64,000 nucleotides of DNA from Monocercomonoides exilis PA203 (Eukaryota > Protista > Preaxostyla). The first letter of the stretch is position 1. Each line of letters begins with the position of its first letter. The notes under the pieces are model-generated. The model was not told the origin of the DNA and ran no database searches. It saw nothing but the letters and a program-made list of their open reading frames with translations. Made by a program: the position numbers and the translations under genes. Below are positions 1 through 12,429 of this stretch, piece after piece. The stretch lies in assembly GCA_001643675.2 (NCBI GenBank), contig LSRY02000027.1:434001-498000 (forward strand). The letters are read 5' to 3'.

Positions 1-95
1 CGTTCATTCGTTTGTTTAAACCTCCTGCATCCCCAACGCACATATCCAGCGGCTCCATTCCATCACCAAATTCTTTGCAAATCCTGATTGCTCTC

Positions 96-3000
96 CTACC
101 AAGAAACCATTTCACTGATTGTACTTCCTTCGCTCCTTTCTCCCTCGCTCGCATGCTCCTCGTCAATTGCGTCTGAAACAGTCACAATCGTTGCTCCCTT
201 CGGAAACCGCTGGATGAATTCCCGTTTCAAAAAAATCAGAGTCGGCCGTTCATTTTTCTGTTGAGATAAGCACTTTTCAATTACTTCTATAATTTCAGGA
301 TTGTTACTCACAAAAATCGGAGGTCTTTCTCCTTTTGTAATCTTATCTCCAGCAATCACAGCCTCATATTCTCCAAATGGGATTATCAATGTTAAGCACT
401 CCCACAGCATCATCCCGATCGAAAAAGCTACTGTTTTCTTTGTTGCATGTTTTTTCGTTCCATCCAACAGCTCTGGCGCCATCCATCTTAGGTACTCTTT
501 TCTGTTATCATCCTCATCCTCAAACGCAGATGAGGGCAGAGAGTCATCATCATCATCGCTGGTAGAAGTCACAACAGTTGATGAGGAGATGGAAGAAGAG
601 TCTGAATCTTCATCAGACAAGAAGTCTGAATGCATGACAATGCAGATGACCATGTGCTCTGAGAACAATACAATGTGGGGACTCAAACTTGATAATGTCT
701 GAAGAGGATTGTCCATCTTATCAAATGAGTGGAGAGCAAGATTAGCAACCCAGAACAGGATCTGCGCAGCTGTCATCTCCCTCTCCTTCAACGTGCCAAT
801 CGCCATCTCCTTCTTCTCATTCCTTCCATGCAGCAACATGAACAGAGAATCCCTCAAATCCACAATCAGCTTCTCATGAGGGGATGAACAAGCCATTGCA
901 TCCACCAAGTTCGACATCGAAGAGGTGGTTGGGCACAGATCCTCTCTGCGAACAAATGTGGAATCTGAATCAGTCGTTGAAGTGGTGGAAGTTGATGAAA
1001 TGGATGGTGAAGGTGTTCTTTTTCTTATTTCTTCTTCTTCAACCTTCTCCAGCATCCATTGAGGAATCTTGTCTGAATCTCTCCCCAAAATATATTCGGT
1101 TGAGCCACTCTCAGAAAGAAGATGCTCTGAAGATTCAGAGTGTTCCATATTCGTGCCATATATTCTCTTCTTCATCCTCTCATCGTTCTTCTTCTCTACC
1201 TCCCTCTCTGCTCTCCTCCACTGCTCCTCTGGTGACATCTCCATCGTCACCATCTCGAATGCCTTCGGATCCTTCTTTATTGTGTCATCAACAATCTCCT
1301 TGTATTTTTTCGCTTCTTCTTTTGCCCTTCTCCATCGAATAGTTGCCACAATCGATGCAACAAGAACAATCAAGAACAGCACAGCAAATATCACAATCAC
1401 AATCAATGCCCATGATGATTTTCCTTCTCTCCCTCCTTCAACAATCCTATCATCTCCTTTTGATTCAATCATACTTTTATTCTTAACAACAATGTGATTC
1501 GTAGAGCATGGTTTGTCTGGCTTTCCAAACAGGATAAAACATTCCACAGATGATTCCTCCGAAGCTTTCGAAATAGTTGATGATGAGATTAATCCGGCTG
1601 CCGAACTCTCATTGATGTATCCTTCTTGGTGAAACTGATACGTCTCGATCAATTCTGAATCGTTGTTTGCAACAACAATTCTAAACGAAAGGTTGCAAGG
1701 CAAAAGAAGAGTTCCTTTGAATGTCAACTTTGTTTTCTCTTTTTCTCCTCCTGCTTCTTCTTCAACTGCCACTGAATCGAGTGTTGGCAAGAAGAATGGA
1801 GATTCTCGCTCTCCAGCTATTCCAGACAAAGCGCATCCTCCATCCAGAATCCACAGTGAGGTGTTGTCTTTCACTCCATCTCCTCCTTTCAGACTAACAA
1901 TATTCAGTGTGTCACCCCCACTGCATGCAATGTTCCTTCTCGCTGACCGATATTCCGCAATAGACGCACCGTTGCCAGCAAACTCTCCTTTCTCGATTGT
2001 GGTGTTCCCTCCATAAATCGTCATCCCTCCACTCGAAGCATTCACAATTGTCGTGTATCTGATATGAGCTGTTGTGTTGCTAAAATCAACAACAGACCCA
2101 TTCCATTTACAAATTTCCTCATATTTCGTATTCGCAGAATCCGACTCTTCATCGGCTGCGAAACCACTCAGAGCACATGATTCAAGGCAGCAATCCTTGC
2201 TTGACGATACAAAAATTATGCTCCCGGTTCTTTTCAACGAGCTGCAGCTCGAATAAGAGCAATTCAACATTCGCACTGCAATTCCTTTGCATTTCACAGA
2301 AAATACAGATGGTTTTTCAGAAGTCTGAGTGATGTTGCAGAATTGCGAAAGAGAAACTGAAATGTTTCTGCCATCCCCATCACCATTCTCTTGATCATTC
2401 TCTTGATCATTCTCTTGATGGTTTGCAGAATTAGCTTCACAGATAGCACTGCCACTGACAAGAGTGATGTTGTTTGCTTCGATCCGCTCTCCAACAACAG
2501 ATCCTCCAGAGTATTCAATAACCGAATCCAGCTTCAGGTTGCTCACAAGCAATCGATAGATTTCCAACAATCCTGTTTCGCACAGAAGCAGAGAAGGCAC
2601 TGTCGAGTATTCAATCCCTTCTTTTGGGCTGAACGAGCATGTCTGAATGGACACACTTCCTGAGCAAAGCTTCATCAGATGCAGATGAAACGATGGAAAA
2701 GAAGAAGTAAATTCAAAGCTCAGCAACTCCAGTTCAACGAATTGCTGTGCCTCTATCACCCAACTTCGACTGCCCCCTGACAAACCAGAAAACCGCACTT
2801 TCGCTGGTTCCTTTGATTTCGAAACAATACACACATTTTTCAGATCCAACTCACTTCCTATCTCCCCAGCTCCATCCAAACGAATGCGCAGATTATCGCT
2901 CACTGCAAGATGCGTCACACCATATTCAATCGAATGGCACGGATCTTTTGCTGTCCCGCATTTCTTGATATCCTTCCCCTCTTTCCCTTCGATCGACGAA

Positions 3001-6000
3001 ACAACAATCGTCTCTGATTGGTAAATCAAAATGAAATCTATCAGATCCACTGCTTCTGAACTTTCTGAGTCAACCCCAAATATCGCGTTGTATCGCACAA
3101 ATTCGCTCTCCCTCAAGTCCAGCTTGAACAGCGTCTCGTTGATCTGTCTCGAGATGTTCCAGCACTCAATGAAAATGTCTCTCCCTTCCTTTCCGCTGTT
3201 CGAGTCAAACTCGTCCCTCTCAAACAGCATTCCCAGCTCCCCTGAATACTTCAGCGCCAGATACAATCCCCCTCCTCGACCCATCGTCACAGAGCATCCA
3301 CACTGAATAACCTTCGAATTCATCACTCGGATCATGCTTTCCTTGCTCAGGTCAGCAAACACTGCTCCCCCTTTCGCTGAAGCACCTGCTGCACACACTT
3401 CAAGCACGCTGTTGTTAATCTCCACATCAGTAGTCAGCGTTGTCGGTACAGTCAGCACACTCGCTCCACCAGCCAGTCGTGTCACTCGTTGGATTGATGA
3501 GTCCCTCAACTTCAAATAACTCTCTCGATTTCCTTCGCTCTGCAGGGGTTCTTCCATCGCAATCACCGAACCATCCTCCATTACGATGCTGAACACACTC
3601 ACATTAACAATGTTGCACTGGCAGATGCTCGCCACATCCATCACATTGCTTTTCATCCGGCTCACCTCAATATACAACCCTGACACATTCAGACTCCCCG
3701 ATTTCATGTGAAGAAACATGATATCTTTGCACAGTGACGACGAAGCTGCAATCGAAAGAAGTGAACAAAGTGTTATGCAAATCGATCCCTTGCCACTTTC
3801 GATGAGCAGCATCCTTCCATTCGCACTACCATCTATCGTGAAGTTCATCATCTGAAACGTCAGCTTTTTTTCATTCTCAAAATACGCCTTGCCATCTTCT
3901 GCTATTTTGTTCTTGAACAGCAGAATCCCGTGCTTCATCTCCGCTTCCTCATCCTGCTCGCTTCTCACAACAAAGTCTGAGAGATCATAGCTCTCCTGCA
4001 ATTCTGCTGTTCCTTCAATGATCATTTCTCCAACTTGCCCAGAATTGTCAGCATGTTCAACACCCTTCCAAAATGAGCCACATGGTATTTTCTCGCTTCC
4101 ACACCCAGCAACATCGTGACCAGTGCTAGATATGTGAACCGACCAGCTCGAATACTCAATCAGAAATACAAGCAAACTGACTTCTTCAAACGCCAAGTCG
4201 CTTCCCACAAAAGCGTTCTCATCATCTTTCATCGAAGAATACTCAAAATCAAAAGCCCTATTCTTCACGGTCACATTCAAGTCTGAAGCTTTCATGAAGA
4301 TGTTCTTTCCAACGGATGCCACATTGGAATCAAATGACACCTTTTCCAGCAAATAGCAATTCTCTGAATCATCCGAAAAATCGAGGAACATTCCCCCTCC
4401 CTTTGCGCCATCTTCCTTCGCATTACAACCATTCATGCTCGAGTTGAAGATCTTCAGCTCGTCTCTTCCTTCCATCAGACAACTCATAAACCCACCATCT
4501 CCTTTCTCCCCAACGCATCCTTTAATAGTACAGTTATTTATTTCCGCTTTCAAACAGTTTGTAACTTCCACATCGCTGCAAACAGCGGAAGTGCACTCCT
4601 CAAACGAAACAGTCGACAACATCATTGAATTCATTCGCTCCGCTTTGATGGCTCCTGACTTCGTTCCATTGATTCCCCTCACATTTGTTTCCTCCATCAA
4701 AAGAGAGCCTCCCTGCGCACAGCACAACCCTCCATTCCCTTCAAAATGCAGATTTCTCATTTCTGCCCTATCCACATGCGTTGACCCTCCTGCTGATTGA
4801 ATAATCAGTAAATTCGTCACAAGCACAGGCACAGCCTCTGAAAAGCCATCAAAAATGCAATCAATGATATCCAACTCTCCACAGCCAATAGTTATCAATT
4901 CTGGGTTGTTTGATACCCCAGGCAACTCAAACGATATCTTGCTGAACACAATGCACAGATCACTTGCTCCATTTGTCTGCTCAAAGTGGCCGTTTTCCTT
5001 CACAACAAGTTCAGACTTCTCTTCGCAGCCTTGTATCCTCAGCGACAAGCCAATTCGCTTGATCTCACTTTCCACAACAACCGATCGCACAATGTGCATC
5101 CTCGTCTGAACGGCTGCCATCTTTCCAAAACCCTCGTCCATCGTCAGACACGGTAACACTTCTGTCCCACACCTCTCCATCCTCGCCCCAAGCTCGGTGT
5201 CAACATACATCGTCTCCTCGTCATACACAAACAGATATTTTCTCATCGACTCATCCACTTTGTGTGTGCTCGCATCGTCAAACACCCACATGTCTGCCTC
5301 GCCCATTTCCTTTTCCGCAGACCCTGCAAATAAACCAGGCTCAACAACAAATCGTGGTGTTGGGCACACAAGATAAAGGTTTCTGCCCTTCTTTGCCCCA
5401 TTCTCTAAAAACATAACATTCTTCAATGAATACACACAATTTGTCGCTTCCAGTATCGCAAACAGTCCTCCCCCAAACCCATTTTCTGCACTGACTTTGC
5501 TCTCTGAAACCGTGTTGTTGTCAAAAACAAATGACCCGCTGCCTTCCACAGCAACAAACAAGCTCCCGCCTTTCATCCCTCCTTCTGTGATGTTGTTTGA
5601 CAGAAACGAACAATCGCTGATGTTCATCAAATCTCCTTCACAAACTCTCCCAGAAATCACTCCTCCATTCCCTGCGCCTCTGCTCACCCCTGAAAATGTG
5701 CTGTTCTCCAGATGTAACACATTCACTTCACTCACTTCAAAAAGCGCACATGTTGGCTCTTCACTCCTGCAGAATGTCGAATTGTCAACAGACAACTTCC
5801 CAATGTTTCTGATTTGCACCAACCCAGACTCCAGATTTGTTGTTGTGTTTTCAAAACTGCAAGTACCCATCTTCAGTTCAATCTCGGATCCACCACTAGC
5901 ATCAAAATCCAAGAGCTGCTTCATTTCCAAAGATATGTCTTTAAATGTAACCCCTTCAAGGCTGATTTTTCCTCCAGCCCCACGCATCACACAAAAGCCA

Positions 6001-9000
6001 ATTTTGTTGTTGGAATTCGCATTCGCAAAGAACGAGCAGTTTTCCAAGGATAGTTCTGATTGAGTGCATGTAAGAAGCGATTCAGTGCTCGATCCCAAAC
6101 TCGATGGAATAACAAACGAAATATTGCTCATCAACGTCTTCGCCATTGTCTTCACCAAACTGTTGCTCTCATTTGCCTCTTCCACTCCAATTTCTATTTC
6201 TGTCGATGCAGCTTCGCAATATATGTGCCATTCAGCATCCTTCAAAACCAGAAATTCCTTCCATCGAAACCCGCCTTTCAGCACAAAAGTCTGCTTCACA
6301 AAGTCTGATCGCTTTGATGTTGCAAACGCGATCGTGCTGCATGGATAGTTGCAATATCCGCACACATCAAAGTCAAAACTGTTAACTCCGCCAATATATG
6401 TCAGGAAAGTCACATCCACCAGAAAAAACCACAAAGGAATTGGGTAATCGCGATTTCCCCCCTCAAATCCCATAAACTCCTCTTCTGTCGACTCCCCTTG
6501 CGGTATCTCGAACTGCAAGCAATCACTCTCCAATGTTGTGTGAATGTCCGGAACATCCATAAAAAACTTGCTTCCTTTCCAAGCACGGCAGTTCAGAAAG
6601 TTCAGCTCTTTCAGCAATATTCCAGTAGATTTCGAACCAACGCAAAGAAATATGCCTCCTCCTTTCCCTTTTGCGACCAACTCTTCTGATGCCGAACAAC
6701 TTTCAAACAAAGTGTTTGATTCATTTCCAATTCTCAACTCGCTCGTCGCACTTACTTCAATGTTAATTGCTCCTCCACTCCCATTTCCTGTCTCACAATC
6801 CCTAAATGTGCAATTGTTGATTGCCAAGATGTCTTGTCTGCCCATCTGCCACCCAATCACCCCTCCTCCTTCCCCTCCACTTCGTTTGACTTCACAAAAG
6901 GTGCAGGCATCCAGTGTCAGCTTCTGCTCCTCATTTTCGGACACTGCTGACGAATCAAACGAAAATACCGAAACTCCCGAAAGGAAGAACCCTTCAGCAG
7001 AAATGCCTGAAAGCGTTGCAATCCCTCCTGTTCCAGAAACAAGCAGCGATGCGGTGAAAGGAGTGGATAATGTGTGATCTGTTGATGGTGCAATCAAAAT
7101 ATCATTGAGATCAAGAACACCCCCTCTGGAAACAGCAAACAACGAAACATCTCTTCTCTGATTCAAATGCTCAATAGAAAACGAACTTGCTTCCAAATGG
7201 CCATTCGCTGCTTTGAAAAGCGATGATCCTGTGACAGATGTGGTGGATAAAATTGTGTTGCTCTTGTCTTCTCCAGAGATAGCAATATCTCTGTTTGATG
7301 CTTCTATAGACTGTGCGTCAAATGAGCTTGCCAGCAAGACTAGTCTGCATGAGGCCATTCCATCAAGACGTGTGTTCAGTGTGTAATCAATGGTCTTGCA
7401 GGCTGAAGTTCTTTGCAATCCGCAATATTCCACCAGCAATCCTCCTGAGCTTGCAAAAAGTGTCAATCCATCAAGAAGCCAATCCTTTTTGTATGAAAAC
7501 CCATTATTACTTGTGCACCAGCACACTCTTTGCTCAGAAGGATTTGATGTGTAACACTGAAAGAAAGGAGAATCTAAAATTTTGTTATTTGGATCATTAA
7601 TGAAAACGTCATGCCCTTGAGAATTAGAAGATGAACAAGAACACTTCTGAAATAGAAAGAATGAACACAATTTTTGTGAACCTTCTTTCACAAAATGGAG
7701 TTCTAATGACAATCCACCCCCTTGAAAAGATGCTGTGCATTTGAAAAAAATACAACTTTTCGCAACTGTGTAAACGTTTGGCGATGCCAAAAAAGCAAGG
7801 CCTCCTCCTGTTCTTTGAGTTACGGAACAGGTAATAAAAGAGCAGTTGTTGATCACAGTGTATTCGCTTTTTTCTGCCCCTTCCAGAAAAGATATTGGAG
7901 TTTGCAACCTCACATGAAGCCCTCCTCCACTGTATGTGGAATTGCATTCCATAAAAAAACAATCTGAAACAAGACAATAATTGCTGACATTTTGCGTATA
8001 AAGCCCTCCGCCATCGAATGAAGTTGCCTCACATTTGACAAATGAACTGTTTGCCACACTCAAATACGAATTCGAAGTGGTATATATTGCCCCTCCGTAT
8101 TCACTGGCATGGCAACTGATGAATGTGCAAAAATTAACAGTTAACTCCACAGCGCTCGTTTTTATTGAAATTGCACCTCCACGATCTCCAGTTGAGTCTG
8201 TCCATTCACACCAAGCAAATGTGTTCATCCCAGAGCTGAGAGACGTCTGCCTCGAAGGCTTTTGTGGATTTCCCTCTGATCCGTTGATATTGACATTCGA
8301 AGTGCGCAGGCACAGTGAAAATGAATTGTTGAGAAAATAAAGCCTTGGCATGTGCTCAGAATTGATGGACTGAGTAATTCCTCCATCAAATACATCGCAA
8401 GCAAATGCAAACAAACAGCTCTCGAAAGAGCATGCCTGCGACAATGCACAAAGTGCCTGCCGCGAATGCAGCGCTGATGATGAAACATTCCTGAAAGTTG
8501 TACCTTCAACAGAAACATGTGCAATCGATGGAGACAAAAACGGCACAGACAAATGAACAAAATCCGCAAAAGTGCACGACACAATGGAAAGCTTGTTCGA
8601 CAGCGCCAAATGCTCGTGCGAAAGCGAAGAAGCCAAAAGCGGAAACTGTTGAGCATGTTGACGAAGATTGAAAGAAACATTGCACAGCTGCACATTTCCA
8701 TCAATACTGAGTATCGGTGAGTCGTCGGTCTTGCACATAACGTCCACAGCGCAAGAAGATGCGCTGGCAAAAGAATTCGGACTGATCCTGAAAAGGGACT
8801 CTTTTCCTGCCACCACAAGTGTTGTGAAACATATTTGTGTCGAAGCATTTTGCAAAGAGAAAGATGCCGACATAAAGCTCTACCAACATGGCACGCACAG
8901 TAAAAAATTAACGAGGAAAAAAATTATGATTTTCAAAGCAAGCAACAAAGTCACAAACCTCAGCCAAGCAATATTCATTAATGTTTGATTGCTTCCTTGG

Positions 9001-9084
9001 AAGGGACTCCTCACTGAAAATATTCTTGCAGTCCTCTGCAGTACATAAATAGACCAGCATTCCAAAACACATTATGAATTTCAT
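96..9084 (-). CDS. Giant type-I membrane receptor-like protein: signal peptide, GGA(I/L)/Cys-rich beta-helix-like ectodomain, one TM helix, C-terminal kinase C-lobe-only (pseudokinase) domain; ~2970 aa
   Basis: ORF 96..8873 plus an inferred exon 1 at 9084..8959 (MKFIMCFGMLVYLCTAEDCK...CLAE), joined in phase 0 by intron 8958..8880 (GAG|GTTTGT...GGTAG|AGC). Repeated GGAI/GGGL and CG-x4-5-PC motifs; TM WALIVIVIFAVLFLIVLVASIVATI; RWMAPELL, FSIGMMLWECLT and RP kinase subdomains VIII, IX and XI. Confidence 0.85.
2384..2419 (+). repeat. 12-bp tandem repeat (CATTCTCTTGAT x3) encoding QEND repeats in the receptor ectodomain
   Basis: Seen directly; the protein reads HQENDQENDQENG. Confidence 0.85.
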
Positions 9085-9559
9085 ATCTTCTGTGTTCAAG
9101 CAAAGGTTTCGCTCAACAACAAAAAAGGATTGAAAGTTTAAATGAGGTGTAATGCAAATAAAATCCCGACAATAGAAATTAAAAAGATGCTTAAATCTAT
9201 CCAATGTTATATTTTTGCTGAAAAGTTTGCCAAAAGCCTTGAAAATCAAAACGAAACAACGTTATATATATAATTATATAACATAACCAACGATCAATCA
9301 TTTATATGAAAATGTTTTCATAAAGAATAATTTTCAACTTAACATTAATTTCAAATCTTTTCATTTTATGATACACTTCCAACTACAGTTTTTCAGCTTG
9401 TGGCTATTTTTAAACAGTTCAAAATTTTCTTTTAAAAAAATTTTTTCGTTTTCTTTTTTTACAAAATAAGAAATTTTTATAATTATAGAAGTTTATTGAA
9501 AACTGTGTTAATAAACACACAAAAAAAAATAACAAGAATTTAATAATTAATAAAAAAAT

Positions 9560-10009
9560 TTACTCTTCTTCTTCGTTTCCAGTCTTAGACTTCTTTGGAA
9601 TAAGAGCGCTGTGGATGTTTGGCATCACACCTCCCGATGGAACTGTGATATGTGAGAGAAGTTTGTTCAACTCTTCATCATTGCGGATGGCCAACTGAAT
9701 GTGTCTGGGAACAATTCTCTGCTTCTTGTGGTCACGAGATGCGTTTCCTGCAAGCTCCAACACTTCGGCTGTCAAATATTCCAAAACAGCTGCCAAATAC
9801 ACTGGTGCTCCTGCTCCAATTCTCTCAGCATAGCTTCCTTGGTGCAGCAAACGATGGATACGCCCAACTGGGAACTGCAGTCCTGCACGCTCTGAACGAG
9901 ACTTTGATTTCTTGTCTCCATCTGCTTTCTTAACACGCACTGGTGCTTTCTTTGCAACTTCAACGCGCTTCTTATCTGTAGCTGGTGAATCGACTTTCTT
10001 TGCTGGCAT
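9560..10009 (-). CDS. H2A: Histone H2A (149 aa, intronless)
   Basis: [65 protein letters not shown]; true ATG at 10009 (MPAKK). Confidence 0.97.
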   Translation of the reverse strand: MPAKKVDSPATDKKRVEVAKKAPVRVKKADGDKKSKSRSERAGLQFPVGRIHRLLHQGSYAERIGAGAPVYLAAVLEYLTAEVLELAGNASRDHKKQRIVPRHIQLAIRNDEELNKLLSHITVPSGGVMPNIHSALIPKKSKTGNEEEE

Positions 10010-10064
10010 TATTTCAAAATAATTCAAATATTTTTAAAAATATTAATTTTTTGAAAAAAATGAA

Positions 10065-10113
10065 AAGTTATATATAATAATTATCATTGATTTCCTTTTA
10101 ATTTGCGCACAAA
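10065..10113 (-). promoter_or_regulatory. Candidate histone promoter elements (ATATATAACTT, TGATAATTAT, TGCGCACAAA) shared with the H3 upstream regions
   Basis: The same three words occur upstream of H3 at 35895-35950 and in the inverted copy. Confidence 0.55.
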
Positions 10114-10479
10114 ATTTTCAACTATATTATGGTTGTGATCATTATTGATTCAGTTATAATTATTATTGAAATGCAAATTTTTTAGAAATTTTTGTTTAAA
10201 TTTTATTCTAGAAGCTTATGTTATTGTTTTGAAATTTTTTTATTTTGAACCCTTTTTTTTTTCTTGTTTTGGATGCAAATTTTAATAATCTGATTTATTT
10301 TAAATACTTTTTTTGATTTCAAATTAACACTTTTAAAAAAAATTATTTTTTGCTGTTTTGAATGTTTCATCACAAAAAAATCTTGAATGTGAAAAATGCA
10401 TCAATTTTGTTGAATTACATTCAAGTGATTAAAGAAAGAAAGTGAAAACTGAAATTTTTTCCTAACATCTCTAGAAAGT

Positions 10480-11520
10480 TTTCTTTTTTTGTACGAAAGG
10501 ATTAATAATCATGTTTTCGAAGAAATAATTTGAGAGGTGTTAATTAAAAAGAATAAAAATGAAATTTAAATATGATTGATGAGATTAATGATAGTAAATT
10601 TGAGCTTGTATTTTGTGACAAACGGTAGATGAAATAAAGAAAATAAATTTCGAAAAGAAATCGATGATATAGAATTTCATTCTGATGCTGATGCAAATGG
10701 AGCATTGTTTAATGATAAAATGGTAATTCTGTTAAAATTTAATTGTTATTTTATCCACGAAAGATTTGATTAGATGATCTCCAAAATAGAAAAGATGAAA
10801 GGTGAAGGAAATGAAATTTTTCTTGCAGTTCTTCGTGAATGCTATATTTCTCAAACTTAAGGTTTTCAACCTGAATTATTTTCAATTTGTGTGCCTTGTC
10901 TTCTGAAAACTGAATCGGACAAAGATGAAAATAAGGAAAATCAGAAGGAAGTGGAAATGGCTTTGCTGGCTTCAATCACTGTAAATGTGTGTCGCATTAT
11001 GTGTTTGTGTTTTTCAATTTGGATAATATTTATTTTTTCCCCTCTTTTTTAATAGGAGCTGAAACATGGAGTTTTCCTGAATGAAATCAAAGATATTATC
11101 CAATATCATCAAGAGTATCACAATCTCACTCAGCTTGTCTATCAATCTGCTTGGGCGTTTTTGATAGGCCAATTGACCATTTACATATACTTTGAAGAAG
11201 TTATTGTGAATGAACTGCATTTTGTGAGAAAAGAAACAAGAGAATTGGAAGAGCAGATTAAAAATATGGATTGGAAGAGGAAAAAAAAGAAGAGGAATAA
11301 GAAGGAAAAATGAAATAAGAGCTTGCTTTATTGAAAGGATTCCGAATGTTATAGATCTTCTTCTTTTCAGTCATGCATATTGCTGAATGAAGAATCTATT
11401 TGAATGATCGGTGGAATTGAAGGTGTATTTCAAGTGCGAAAGATAATTACATATGAATTTAGTCCATATGCATAATTATATTTTGAAGTGCAAAGGGAAG
11501 CAGATATGTGTAAATAAAAT
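10480..11520 (+). pseudogene. Decayed paralog of the lineage-specific family gene at 12430-13845
   Basis: Recognisable blocks SICVPCLLK..ENKENQKEVEMALLA, FLNEIKDIIQYHQEYHNLTQLVYQSAWAFLI and IVNELHFVRKETRELEE, with an intron at the equivalent position, but multiple stops and frameshifts. Confidence 0.8.
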
Positions 11521-12429
11521 GGTATCTTTAACTCCACTTTTCGCTTCTATTTGAGTAAAGTTGGTTATCATCACTTTAATTCAGTTATCACTGGTTGTTT
11601 AAAGTTTATTTTTGCTTCGTTTCAACAAGTTGAAATATACTCAATAAAGAGTTGAGTCGAAGCAACACATCTGATGATAAAAAGAAAAATAAATTAACAA
11701 GAAAGAGGAAAAGCATAAAAATGAAATAATCGAAATGTTAAAAATACCTGCATCATATGGCATGTATATTTCCCTTCAAATCGTGCAGATAAAGTCTTTT
11801 CTCGTTGGCATAATCATAACAAGATTTTATGATCATTATTAGCATTATTATGAAAGTTTTGATCCATTGAAAAATAGAAATCATGTTAATTAATTTCTTT
11901 AAGATAATAAAAAAGCCAAAAAGAAGTGTTTGAAAAGCAAAATAACTAAGTTTATTTGTGTTTTTTGTCTTTCTGACACAAAAGAATTTTGGATTGTTCA
12001 GCATATTTTACTGAAATGTGAAAAGAGGAGTGACAAATATGTTATTAGAAGATGCATAAACTCTCTCAAAAAAATTTTTGCAAAGAAAGATTAAAGAGAA
12101 AAAAAAAACAATTTTTAATTCTGATATTTATTCTTAATCTAAACTGATATAATTTTAATTTCAAGTTTTTGAATTATCAAATGACAATATATCACTAATA
12201 TTTAGATATTTTTTCTGACGTCAAACTTGCACATGAAATAAAACCTATAATTAATATATTGAATTAGAATTAAACTATTTTTGCTTTTTTCAAAGACTGA
12301 ATGCATATGAAACAAGTTTTAAAAATACTAATTTTATATATGAAATAACTTAGCTGTGTCTTATATTTATTCTTTATCACTTATGACTGTGAATATGTGA
12401 TTGTTTTGTAATTGTGTATGCAATGATAA

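Noticed and set aside
301-8720. Many short + strand ORFs opposite the giant receptor gene (likewise opposite CFAP47 and receptor 2)
   Set aside because: Antisense shadows of long coding sequences; no recognisable motifs.
8880-8978. In-frame TAG between a hydrophobic upstream ORF and the 2925-aa ORF (possible readthrough or TAR=Gln code)
   Set aside because: A canonical GTTTGT...TAG intron (8958-8880) joins a better signal-peptide exon in phase, and TAA/TAG terminate conserved genes here (H2A, RPL18, cyclins).
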